Part shown: positions 1 to 11,706 of the stretch, piece by piece
Numbering within the stretch: position 1 is the first letter of the stretch
Layout of the letters: the number at the start of each line of letters is the position of its first letter
NCBI RefSeq assembly: GCF_006345805.1
Contig: NC_043014.1
Span: forward strand, 40,424,001-40,488,000
DNA length: 64,000 bases
Direction of reading: 5' to 3'
Origin: Octopus sinensis
Taxonomy: Eukaryota
Position numbers and translations under genes: made by a program
Notes under the pieces: model-generated
Database searches by the model: none
What the model saw: only the letters and a program-made list of their open reading frames with translations
What the model was told of the DNA's origin: nothing

Positions 1-156
1 TAATGTCTGTTTTCGATGCTGGCATGGGTTGAATGGTTTGACAGGAGCTAGCTGGGCGGAAAACTGCACGAAGTTTCACTGTCTGTTTTGGATGAGGAAA
101 GCGAGAGAGAGAATAAATTATATAAGGCGAACAAGACAACTTTTGGGACAGAATTT

Positions 157-386
157 GGCGAGCTGGCAGAATTGTTAGCACGCCGAGTGAAATGCGTAGC
201 CGTATTTCATCTGCCGCTACAGTCTGAGTTCAAATTCCGCCAAGGTTGACTTTACCTTTCATCCTTTCGGGGTCAATAAATTAAGTACCAGTTACGCACT
301 GGGGTTGATCTAATCGACTTAATCCCTTTGTCTGTCCTTGTTTGTCCCCTCTATGTTTAGCCCCTTGTGGGCAATAAAGAAATAAG
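157..386 (+). mobile_element. tRNA-derived SINE, family B
   Basis: Head GGCGAGCTGGCAGAA..GAGTTCAAATTCC, conserved central GACTTTGCCTTTCATCCTTTCGGGGTC..AAGTACCAG; many copies in the window. Confidence 0.8.
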
Positions 387-1587
387 AATTTAAGAATGTT
401 GATATTTTATGAAAAGAATATGGAAATAGAGAAAAGATTAACGAAAACAAAAGGTTTGATAAGAGTAAAAGTGGAACACGACATGTTTGAACCAAGCGTT
501 AGAGCGGTGTTAGTGGAAAAAGAAAAAAACATTTAAAGATAAGATTAAAATATGTCATATATATATTCGCTATGATAATTTGACCAACGTGATTGGGATG
601 GAGGACATAATTGAATATATAACTGATAGATAAATAGAACGATTACAAACTGTATTACAAAATGTATAAAGAACTGTAAAATGAAACTGTGAGCTTGGGG
701 GACTTGTAAGCCATTCCCTTTCCCATTGCCCATAACTCATATCATATCCATTATTTTTTATATGTACCCCAAATTTTGTATTGTTTGTATGTAATTGTAA
801 TGTCCATTCTATATTCAGGCTACATGCCTATAATAAAGAGAAAACTGTCTGTTTTGGCATGGTTTTTATGGCTGGATGCCCTTCCTAACACCAACCATCT
901 TACAGAGTGGACCATTCTATGAAGTATATACTGCTACTAGTAGTTTCACCATAGATTTTAAAACCGAATCAATGATTGGGAAATGTGAAACTAGTGACTT
1001 GTCATAAAGACATGCCAACTTGTACCATATGAATTGATATCCCGTGAAACCATCAGAAAATTATTGCGATCATGGAACTATTTGAAGTTATGTGTTAGCC
1101 CATGCATTGACTATATTAATATATACATTTATATACATTTTATTCTACAATTGTATTGAATACCCTTTTTGAACACTTTTGTTCATATAATTTCATTTAT
1201 AATATATATATATATATCTCCTCATCTCCTCATTCTACATTGAGTGAAAAACGGGATGGACGCTTCGATTTTGTTTTGGTGCCTCGCTCTGTCGTACGCG
1301 ACTATGAGGATTTGCATCCCCAACGTAATTCATCTTTTTCCCAAACTTATAATGTAATACATGTCCTTGGAGTAGTAATTGTACGCGGCTGAAGAAGGCT
1401 ATTGACATACAAATTACATCAATTATGCATTGATATAAACCATCTAATAAAAGCCAGAAGTATATGTACCGCTAAATCCTTTGCATTATGTTTTTTTTTG
1501 ATAAATATACTCTATCACCTACACCACTAAATGGCATATACAGGTGCTTACAATTATCAAGTATTCACCCTGAATTTTTTGTACCCA

Positions 1588-1619
<32 letters not shown>

Positions 1620-1961
1620 CAATAAATCTATGTGTGTGTGTATGTGTGTGTACTTCCTATATATAAAGTGGTGCAATTCCTATATATATATAATCAGATT
1701 TATTAGAGTGTTGGACAAAGTGCTTCGTGGAACATGTTCCAGCTTTGGGCATTTTGAGTTCAAATCTTATTCAGGTCAGCTTTGCTTTTCATTTTACCTC
1801 TGTTGGTAAAACAAAATGCCAGACAAGAAGCAGGATTGATTTAATGAACTAGCCCTCTCCCAGAGGTGGAGCCAGGCTCTAAAGTTTGGAGGAGGGAGCA
1901 TTTAAAAAAAATGTACCATAACACATACAAAATAATTTTAATTCATTTCTCTTATACTCTT

Positions 1962-2380
1962 TGCTCTCTTTTTACTCTTTTACTTGTTTCAGTCATTTGA
2001 CTGTGGCCATGCTGGAGAACCACCTATAGTTGAGCAAATCGACCCCAGGACTTATTGTTTTGAAGCCTAGTTCTTATTCTATCGGTCTCTTTTGCTGAAC
2101 TGCTGAGTTACGGGGATGTAAACACACCAGCATCGGTTGTCAAGCGATGTTGGGGGGACAAGCACAGACACACAAACATATACACACACATACATGTGTA
2201 TATATATACATATATATGATGGGCTTCTTTCAGTTTCCGTCTACCAAATCCACTCTCAAGGCTTTGGTCAACCCAAGGCTATAGTAGAAGACACTTGCTC
2301 AAGGTGCCACACAGTGGGAATGAACCCGGAACCATGTGGTTGGTAAGCAAGCTACTTACCACACAGCCACTCCTGTGCCT
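1962..2380 (-). mobile_element. SINE family C (tRNA head, CORE-like segment, internal TA/TG microsatellite, GAGTAAAA tail), full length
   Basis: Reverse complement of the copies at 27455, 33988 and 43655. Confidence 0.85.
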
Positions 2381-3027
2381 ATATTGTGAAATTTTCCATT
2401 AGTTATAATATACGTAGTTGTAGTCAACATTCATTAATTTCATGAGTCAATATCAATATAGGTGTGATGAGAAGACAGTCCCAAAACACAGGGTCAAATT
2501 AAGTAATGACTTCAGAAAGTTCTCCCAAGGCCATGCAATTAACAAAAAAAAAAATAACTCCAAACAAACCAAGATTTGAATTTTATCACACAAGTGAACT
2601 AAAGAGTTAAAAAATTTGCTGAAAAGGCACCAATGTTGAGAAATGAGCTCAGGTGGGGTGGTCGCTTGCCTTGCTCCCTATTAACTATGCCACTGTCCCA
2701 CCCCATTAAATTTTGGCCTTGTGTCTAAATCAGAAACTGTTGTTATTGTTCTTGTTTTGGTACTTTACATTTTGAGTTCAAGCCCTGCCAAGGTCAACTT
2801 CACCATTCATGTTAATTTCATTAGCAAGTTGTTTCATTCATTGGATCAACTGGAATATTAGGTTAATACTCCTCTGGATAGAAGAGGTCAAGAGCTACTT
2901 GTGGAATTTGAAGCCATATATCTTGTCATGTTTACAGATGTATGTTCAAGTCCCATGTCATAACCAATGGAGCGCCAGCATAACTGCAAACACAGCATTT
3001 GTTTTGAGATTCACTACTCTTTAAAAG

Positions 3028-3355
3028 GCGCATGGCTCAGTGGTTAGAGCGTCGAGCTTACGATCGTGAGGTTGTGAGCTCGAATCCCGGACCGGGCTGC
3101 GTGTTGTGTTCTTGAGCAAGGCACTTTATTTCACGTTGCTCCAGTTCACTCAGCTGTAGAAATTAGTTGCGACATCACTGGTGCGAAGCTGTATCGACCT
3201 TTGTCTTTCCCTTGGATAACACTGGTGGCATGGAGAGGGGAGGCTGGTATGCATGGGCGACTGCTGGTCTTCCATAAACAACCTTGCCCGGACTTGTGTC
3301 TAGGAGGGTAACTTTCTAGGTGCAATCCCATGGTCATTCATGACCGAAGGGGGTC
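3028..3355 (+). mobile_element. SINE family A (tRNA head plus CORE-like TTGAGCAAGGCACTT..TTGCTCCAGTTCACTCAGCTGT)
   Basis: Near-identical to 53707-54033 and 6057-6362. Confidence 0.85.
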
Positions 3356-3473
3356 TTTTACTCTTTAAAAAATATCCCATTTGTTTTTATTTTCTATTGA
3401 TTAAATATATGCTTTACATATGTCCACTGTGATATAATGCTTAATTGTTAATTTTTTTTCTTCACACATCCAG

Positions 3474-3614
3474 GGATGGCTAAATCACAGACCTTTGCAA
3501 GAAGCTACGATAATTATGAATCTTTTTGAAGAAAGTTTCCCCGTAGTGTTTAACTATTCTATTCAGAATTTTGTTTTCAAAATGGACATTTTGGAAGTTT
3601 TTATCATATCTCAG
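3474..3614 (+). CDS. DNAH5: Dynein heavy chain exon, end of AAA2 region (GWLNHRPLQEATIIMNLFEESF...KMDILEVFIISQ)
   Basis: CAG acceptor at 3471-3473, GTAGTT donor at 3615, 141 nt, phase 0-0. Confidence 0.88.
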
Positions 3615-3708
3615 GTAGTTATGCCTATTATTTTATATTCTAAGGTGGTGAGCTGACAGAATCGTCAGCATGCTGGAGAAAATGCTTCATGGTATTTCTT
3701 CCATAGAA

Positions 3709-3965
3709 GGCGGCGAGCTGGCAGAAACGTTAGCACGTCAGGCGAAATGCTAAGCGGTATTTCGTCTGCCGCTACATTCTGAGTTCAAATTCCGCCGAGG
3801 TCGACTTTGCCTTTCATCCTTTTGGGGTCGAGTAAATAAGTACCAGTTATGCACTGGGGTCGACTTAATCCGTTTGTCTGTCCTTGTTTGTTCTCTCTGT
3901 GTTTAGCCCATTGTGGATAGTAAAGAAATAGGTATTTCTTCCAGCATTATGTCCTGAGTTCAAAT
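3709..3965 (+). mobile_element. SINE family B, tail re-entering the internal sequence
   Basis: Matches family B; ends AAAGAAATAGGTATTT..GAGTTCAAAT. Confidence 0.8.
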
Positions 3966-4532
3966 TATGCTTAGGTCTCTTTTAATAATACATAATATTA
4001 TTAAAATTAATAATAATGTGTATAAAATGTTATGTCAACACAACATTATCAAGGCAATCCAAATTAGTGAAATTCTAACTGAACTTCTAAAAAAATTTTA
4101 GCTGTTAAAATCGCTAACAAAAAGAAACGCCAAACTAAATTTAACTTTAGACATTCATTAATTCAACCAAGAGCAAAGTCATTGAATTTACTTTATAAAA
4201 ATAAGATATGAAAAATACCATACTAATTCGATATTTTTCGACAGTTTGAAATCTACATAGAAAAAAAAACATAATGTAAAAAATGAGTATATTTTTCTAC
4301 TAAAATTGATAATGTTACTGGATGTCTAAAGAACAAAAACTGCAGGCAAGAATTCTGCGTTATGCTTAATAGATAACTAAAGAATAAAAACTACAGATAA
4401 TAATTCTATGTAATTCTTAATTGAAACTTAGATACTTTACATTGCAATTATTAATTACCTATTTATTTATTTAATATAATAAAACCTTACATGGGGTTAA
4501 CCTTGTTATATAATAACTGAAAAATGTCCAAC

Positions 4533-5520
4533 ATGCCCATTAAAATCTCCCGCCACAAAGATGAGGTCATTGCCACTCGTCTTTGAGGTAGCCTGTAGAA
4601 GGGTATCATAAAAGTGGTCCTTCTAATCATTTGGTAGCCCTGCATGTGGGGCATAGGTGGAGATAATTGTAGCTGTGCTGTTCTGCAGGACTAGCCTGAG
4701 CTTAAGCTCTCTATCGCATACTCTAACAACGTGTATGACTGTATCCACCCATTTGTCCACAAGGCGTATGCCTACACCACCTACGCCATCCATGTTACCT
4801 TGCCAGAAGACTTTATACCTATGTGCCTTTGCCTATGAGGACCCTAATTGAAGCTCCTCTCCATCTTACCTCTTGTATGCAGCATGCATCAACCTGTCTC
4901 CTTTCAAGCATCTCTACAATCTCACTTCAGTGTGCCAACATTGACAGTGCCAACTTGTAAACTCGGAAGGGAGTGCGGGATAGGTCTTGGGGAGGAGAGA
5001 TGTTATTCAGTGCTTGAAAAGAAGAGGGAGGTTGTTGTGTTCGTTTTTTTAGGCATGCTTCATCTGTTCTCTCTTCTGACCTGACAACATTCAAACATTC
5101 AAGCATGTTAAGATTGATGCCCCTACTGGAGGTAGGAGCCGGTGTTAGCAGTGTTGTAAGCATAAGCATTATGGTCATCGAATGATGTAAATTTAAGTGG
5201 TGTAGCAAAATATGGATATTCCTATGTTAGATTAGGAGGGAGTCAGCTAAAACTGGTTGTGTTTGTCCAGGAAGAGGGGAATTGCAGGTATGATGGAGGG
5301 TACTACTAGCAGAGGAGAGTTCGGACTGAGAGAGAGTAAAGAAGCTCATCCCTGCATACACACAAGCGCACTCACACGCAGGAACAAGTGCACACGGACA
5401 ACAGTTGAATATCCTTCTCCTTCACTTGATAAGGCCAAAGAAAATTCCTGGGTAGTTGCTGGTATGTTTCCAGACGGAACAAAAATGAAACGAAAGATAG
5501 CTGGTTAAATAGGTGGGCAG
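4533..5520 (-). mobile_element. Degenerate RTE-clade LINE, 5' part (AP endonuclease)
   Basis: Minus strand reads EIVEMLERRQVDACCIQEVRWRG, then frameshifted endonuclease sequence with stops. Confidence 0.75.
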
Positions 5521-5753
5521 ATAACCTATTTCTTTACTACCCACAAGGGGCTAAACACAGAGGGGACAAACAAGGACAGACAAACGGATTAAGTTGTTTA
5601 CATCGACCCCAGTGCATAACCGGTACTTAATTTATCGACGCCGAAATGATGAAAAGCAAAGTCGACCTCGGCGGAATTTAAACTCAGAATGTAACGGCAT
5701 GCGAAATACGGCTACGCATTTCGCCCAACGTGCTAACATTTCTGCCTGCTCGC
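5521..5753 (-). mobile_element. SINE family B
   Basis: Reverse complement of family B. Confidence 0.8.
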
Positions 5754-6056
5754 AGATAACCTGGTTGCTTTTGTCCCAGTAGAGAGATAGAGAAAGAGAG
5801 AGTGCAGGTAATACAGGGAACTGCACCAGTGAGGAGGGGGAAATGAGAGAAGTTTGTTTGTCATTATCAGCAAAGTAGCTTTCTCACTGATCATTTGAAA
5901 TTTCCTTTCTGTGTTATTAACCTTATAACTAGCACCGTGTAACACGCAGAGAAATTGGACTTTTACAGTAAAAAATAATTTATCTATTAAATTTATCTGC
6001 TTATATATTATCTGTAAGGATGTATATTGAATTTGTCTACTTATAGACAATGAGAA

Positions 6057-6362
6057 ATGAGCTTACGATCGTGAGGTTGTGAGCTCGAATCCCAGACCGG
6101 GCTGCGTCTTGTGTTCTGGAGCAAGACACTTTATTTCACGTTGCTCCAGTTCACTCGTCTGTAGAAAGGAGTTGCGACGTCACAGGTGCCAAGCTGTATT
6201 GGCCCTTGCCTTTCCCTTGGACAACATCGGTGATGTGGAGAGGGGAGGCCGGTATGTATGGGCGACTGCTGGTCTTCCATAAAACAACCTTGCCCAGACT
6301 TGTGCCTCAGAGGGTAACTCTCTAGGTGCAAACCCATAGTCAGTGTCTGACTGAAGGGGGTC
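6057..6362 (+). mobile_element. SINE family A, 5'-truncated
   Basis: Similar to 3028-3355. Confidence 0.8.
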
Positions 6363-6567
6363 ACCATCACCATATTATGTGTAAGGATGTATATTGAAGT
6401 AATGTGATATGTCATTCCTACTTGTTTAATTGTCGCAGTAAAAGACTTAGTCATATCATTGATGTCAAGGAATTGTTGACCAATCTTCAAAATTAGTGTT
6501 TTAGACAGAATGATTGATAAATTATAGTAAATTAACAACAGTATTATTTTCATAAAATAACTTTTAA

Positions 6568-6830
6568 ATTTCGTTTTTGGATTTGGTTAGCAAGATTCTT
6601 TATATGAGTTTGTGTGTTGAAGCTTATTCTGTTGTATCTGGGGAGAGTCGTTTTGTTTTTGTGCCTTATAATCTAACACACTCACCGGTAAAATTTCCAC
6701 GTATTTCTTATTTTTATTTTCCTAAAATTTTCAATAGTCTTGACTCTAGGAAAGTAAAAATAAGAAACAAGTGGAAAATTTATAAGGCGCAAAAAGAAAA
6801 TGACTCTCCCCAGACACAATAGAATAACTT
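6568..6830. mobile_element. Foldback/MITE-like element with long inverted repeats
   Basis: CTGGGGAGAGTC..TTTTGTGCCTTATA pairs with TATAAGGCGCAAAAAG..GACTCTCCCCAG; relatives at 12096-12330, 21835-21905 and 37130-37420. Confidence 0.7.
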
Positions 6831-7070
6831 TTAAATATTTTATTGTAATTCTTCAGTGCAGTTCTTTATCACGTATATTCTTCTTTATCTTATATTCTAC
6901 TTATTATCTAATTATTTTAGTTTCCTATTCTATTTATTCTTCTTTATTTTATGTCTCACTTATCTATATCAATGTACTTTAAATAATCATGGAAAACTGC
7001 GTATGATTATTTTCGTCCTTTTGAACATCATGATCCTGATCACGATCATCTATGTCATCATCATCGTTGT

Positions 7071-7378
7071 GTGGAGGCACATGGCCTAGTGGTTAGAGCA
7101 GCAGACTTGTGGTCGAGGGATCGTGGGTTCGAATCTCAGACCGGGCGATGTGTGTGTTTATGAGCGAAACACCTAAGCTCCACACAGCTCCGGCAGAAGT
7201 TAATGGCGAAACTTCTGCTGACTCTTTCGCCACAACTTTCTCTCACTCTTTCCTCCTGCATCTTGCAGCTCACCTGCGACGGACCAGCATCCCATCCAGG
7301 TGGGGGAATCTATACGCCAAGAAACCGGGAAACCGGCCCTTATGAGCCGGGCATGGCTCGAGAAGGAACAAACAATAA
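7071..7378 (+). mobile_element. SINE family F (tRNA-like head)
   Basis: GGCCTAGTGGTTAGAGC..GGTTCGAATC A/B-box head; relatives at 13804, 48863, 54101 and 61162. Confidence 0.75.
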
Positions 7379-7499
7379 ATCATCATCGTTAAGTTTAATA
7401 GTAATTTTTTCATGTCTGCATGGGTCAGATGGAATCTGTGGAAGCAGATTTTTCTATAGCTGGATGTTCATCTTGTCACCAAATGTCACTTGAAAGTTA

Positions 7500-7820
7500 A
7501 TATTATGAAAAGCACCATCCGAATCGTGGCCAATGCCAGCGCCACCTTGACTAGCTTCCGTGCCGGTGGCACATAAAATTCACCAATCCGATTGTGGCCG
7601 TTGCCAGCCTCACCTGGCACCTGTGCCGGTGGCACGTAAAAAGCACCCACTACACTCACGGAGTGGTTGGCATTAGGAAGGGCATCCAGCTGTAGAAACA
7701 CTGCCAAATCAGACTGGAGGCTGGTGCAGCCTCCTGGCTTCCCAGACCCCAGTCGAACCATCCAATCCATGCTAGCATGGAAAATGGACGTTAAACAATG
7801 ATGATGATGATGATGATGAT
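7500..7820 (+). mobile_element. RTE LINE 3' UTR fragment with (GAT)n tail
   Basis: TTAGGAAGGGCATCCAGCTGTAGAAA..CCATGCTAGCATGGAAA..(GAT)n; same tail follows the RT C-terminus at 27990-28732. Confidence 0.75.
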
Positions 7821-8088
7821 GCTGTTGGGAAGAACATCCAAGTATGCAAAAAAAGGGCCAAAACAGACACTGGAGCTTGATGCAGTCCTTGATCCTGTCA
7901 AACTGTCCAACCCATGCCAGCATGGAAAATGGACAGTGAATGATGATGATGATGACAAGTTGGTAGAAGAGAAATTTGTTCCACTTCTTGTTCTTCCTTC
8001 ATTTGTTAATTCTGTTTAATCAATTTCTACACTTGTCCAGCTCATTTGATGCATCAGAGATCTTGTAACCCCCTTTTTTTTCTTTTAG

Positions 8089-8329
8089 GCAACGAAACTT
8101 CTCTCTGGTCTTATTCCTGCCAAAGACGAAAAAGACCCCCAAATAAAAGAACATTATGCTCATCTTTATATATTTACTTTGTTGTGGAGCATCGGTGCTT
8201 TCTTGGAGTTGGACGATCGAGTTAAACTGGAACAATTTCTACGTACATTACCAAATGTCAGCAGTTATTTACCTAAGATTGATGAAAGTTCTGAGTCAAC
8301 AATTTTTGATTATATGGTAGCTGCTGACG
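8089..8329 (+). CDS. DNAH5: Dynein heavy chain exon (ATKLLSGLIP...LWSIGAFLELDDR...FDYMVAAD)
   Basis: Pyrimidine tract plus TAG, GTAAGA donor, 241 nt, phase 0-1. Confidence 0.93.
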
Positions 8330-9338
8330 GTAAGACATACATTGTTATTTTGTTATATTGCATTATGCTGGATTATGATTTGATAATTTTGGTAAGTCCA
8401 CATTACTCTGTAAGAAGCATTAGGCTGATTTCCCAATTTCTCTGGCATGTATACAGTCAAGGCCAAAAGTTTGGAACATTTAAAAAAAAATTTAAATTGT
8501 TATGAGGAGTGGCTGTGTGGTTAGTAGCTTGTTTACAAACCACATGGTTCTGGGTTTAGTCCCACTGCGTGGCACTTTGGGCAATATATAGCCTCAAGCC
8601 AACCAAAGCCTTGCGAGTGGATTTGGTAGACGGAAACTGAAAGAATCCCGTCATATATATATGTATATGTATATATATATAATAAATATTAGGGAATAAA
8701 TCCAAATTTACAGGGAAAAAATCAGATTTAGGATTGAATCCAATTTTATTGTAAAATAATATATATATATATATACACAATACATATAAAGGGTGAAATA
8801 TAATTAATTTAATAAAATCAATAAATTTCACCTAGTTGTCTTTTGGTATGGAAAGGACCATATTCGGTAAAAATTTATATTATTATAATAAAGGGTTTTT
8901 TGCAACAAGTTGCTTAAACCACATATTGAGCAAAAACACCTAAAAGCTCCACGAGGCTCCGGCAGGGGGTGGTGATCCCTGCTGTACTCTTTCACCACAA
9001 CTTTCTCTCACTCTTTCTTCTGTTGGCCTGCTCGCTTAGCCAGCGGGGTGGCGTCATTTGAAGGCTATAACAATGCGAACGCATTGTGACCAGCGATGTG
9101 TAACTACATCTGATAGCCTGGTCGGTCACGGTGATATATATACACATATACTGGCACCCTTACGGCTTGACGAGTCTTCTCAAGCACAAGATATTACCAA
9201 AGGTCTTTGTCACTAGTCATTGCCTCTTATATAAATGATATTGATATAAAGCTTTTATTTTATTATCTTAAATAAACTGCATAAATATATCCAAACTGTT
9301 TTTATACTTGTTTCTTGACTAAATTTCTGACTTTTCAG

Positions 9339-9616
9339 GTTCATGGGTACATTGGAATAACCTCGTTAAAGAATATCATTATCCCAAACACGAGACACCT
9401 GAGTATGCATCAATTTTAGTACCAATGGTAGACAATGTGAGAACAGATTACCTGTTAAGTACCATTGCCAAACAGGGCAAAGCAGTTATGTTGATTGGTG
9501 AACAAGGAACTGCGAAAACAGTTATGATAAATGCATTTCTAAGAAAATACAATCCTGAACATCACGTCGCTAAAGCTTTAAACTTTTCTTCAGCAACAAC
9601 GCCTCTCATGTTCCAG
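9339..9616 (+). CDS. DNAH5: Dynein heavy chain exon, AAA3 P-loop (GEQGTAKT)
   Basis: SWVHW...[10 protein letters not shown]...[13 protein letters not shown]; CAG acceptor, GTATCT donor; 278 nt, phase 1-0. Confidence 0.96.
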
Positions 9617-9713
9617 GTATCTGCCCGATTGTTTTTTAATTATCCATATTTTTGTTTGTTTTTTTATATTAAATCTATATATATATTAAATCTATATATA
9701 TATTAAATCTATA

Positions 9714-11020
9714 TAGGTGCAGGAGTGACTGTGTGGTAAGTAGCTTGCTAACCAACCACATGGTTCCGGGTTCAGTCCCACTGCGTGGCATCTGGGGCAA
9801 GTGTCTTTTGCTATAGCCCCGGACCGACCAATGCCTTGTGAGTGGATTTGGTAGACGGAAACTGAAAGAAGCCTGTCGTATATATGTATACATATATATG
9901 AAATCAGAACAAATCAAATCAAATCAAATCAAAACAAATCAAAATAGATGAACATCAATGGAATTGTATCTTTGTGGTACCAGTGCCGGTGGCACACAAG
10001 AAAACCATCCGAACGTGGCCGTAGCCAGTACCGCACCGACTGGCCTCCATGCTGTGGGCATGTAACAAACACCATCCGATCGTGGCCGTTCACCAGCCTC
10101 ATCTGGCACCTGTGCCGGTGGCACATAAAAACACCATCCGAAGACCCGGCAAGACTAGTCAGGCCATAACCTGTGGCCCCTACCTGGGACGTAGTCAGTC
10201 CACCTGTGCATACCTTCCTTCTTGTGACACTTGTGAAGACCTGTTGAGGCAAGTGAAAATCAAAACAAATCAAAATAGATGAACATCAATGGGATTTGTA
10301 TCTTTGTGGTACCAGTGCCGGTGGCACGTGGCACACAAGAAAACCATCTGAACGTGGCCGTAGCCAGTACCGCATCGACTGGCCTCCGTGCTGTGGGCAC
10401 GTAACAAACACCATCCGATCGTGGCCGTTTGCCAGCCTCATCTGGCACCTGTGTCGGTGGCACATAAAAACACCATCCGAGCGTGGCCGTCTGCCAGCCT
10501 CGTCTGGCACCTGTGTCGGTGGCACATAAAAAACACCATCCGAGCGTGGCCGTTTGCCAGCCTCGTCTGGCACCTGTGTCGGTGGCACATAAAATCACCC
10601 ACTACACTCTCAGAGTGGTTGGCGTTAGGAAGGGCATCCAGCTGTAGAAACACTGCCAGATCTGACTGAACTGGTGCAGCTTTCGGGCTCCCCAGACCCC
10701 AGTTGAACCGTCCAACCCATGCTAGCATGGAAAGCGGACGTTAAATGATGATGATGATGATGATGATGTGTGTGTGTTTGTGTGTATATGTTTGTGTGTC
10801 TGTGTTTGTCCCCCCCAACATCGCTTGACAACCGATGCTGGTGTGTTTACGTCCCTGTCACTTAGCGGTTCGGCAAAAGAGACTAATAGAATAAGTACTG
10901 GGCTTACAAAAGAATAAGTCCCGGGGTTGATTTGCTCGACTAAAGGCGGTGCTCCAGCATGGCCGCACTCAAATGACTGAAACAAGTAAAAGAGTAAAAG
11001 AGTAAAGAGAGAGAGTAAAG
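9714..11020 (+). mobile_element. SINE family C split by a nested RTE 3' fragment (about 9901-10766)
   Basis: SINE head at 9714-9895; body resumes near 10767 after the RTE (GAT)n tail. Confidence 0.8.
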
Positions 11021-11050
11021 AGATGTATATAAATTTTTATATGAAATTAT

Positions 11051-11440
11051 TTTACTCTTTACTCTTTTACTTGTTTCAGTCATTTGACTGCGGCCATGCT
11101 GGAGCACCGCCTTTAATCGTGCAACTCGACCCCGGGACTTATTCTTTTGTAAGCCCAGTACTTATTCTATCAGTCTCTTTTGCCGAACCGCTAAGTAACG
11201 GGGACATAAACACACCAGCATCGGTTGTCAAGCAATGCTAGGGGGACAAATACAGACACACAAACATACACATACATGCATATATATATACATATATACG
11301 ATGGGCTTCTTTCAGTTTCCGTCTACCAAATCCACTCACAAGGCTTTGGCCGGCCCGAGGCTATAGTAGAAGACACTTGCCCAGGGTGCCACGCAGTGGG
11401 ACTGAACCCGGAACCATGTGGTTGGTAGACAAGCTACTTA
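11051..11440 (-). mobile_element. SINE family C, tail-to-tail with the previous copy
   Basis: Reverse complement of 10775-11005 plus head. Confidence 0.85.
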
Positions 11441-11674
11441 CTTTTGTTTCATTATATCACAAAAATGTCAGTGTTTCTCTTTCCCAAGGATATTGATGTG
11501 TGTAGGTGTAGATGTAAATGGAAACAGGAAATTTGGGAAGATGTAAAATAAATAGCAAGCATTTCACAACTTAAAAACTATGTAACATCAGTTATGAGAC
11601 ACACTAGAAGAATGTAGGTGCCATAAATATATATATATATGTGTGTGTATGTCAGTGTGTGCATTTGTGTGTTC

Positions 11675-11706
<32 letters not shown>

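Noticed and set aside
1290-1410. Two GTACGCG-preceded hammerhead-like pieces (CTATGA-GGAT..ATCC-CCAAC-GTA and CTGAAGA-AGGC..)
   Set aside because: The first lacks both core boxes and the second has no GAAA or stem III. It may be a relic but is too decayed to call.
10409-10596. Regularly spaced palindromic repeats resembling a CRISPR array
   Set aside because: The units are full tandem copies without unique spacers, sit in a LINE 3' UTR in an animal intron, and have no cas genes nearby.
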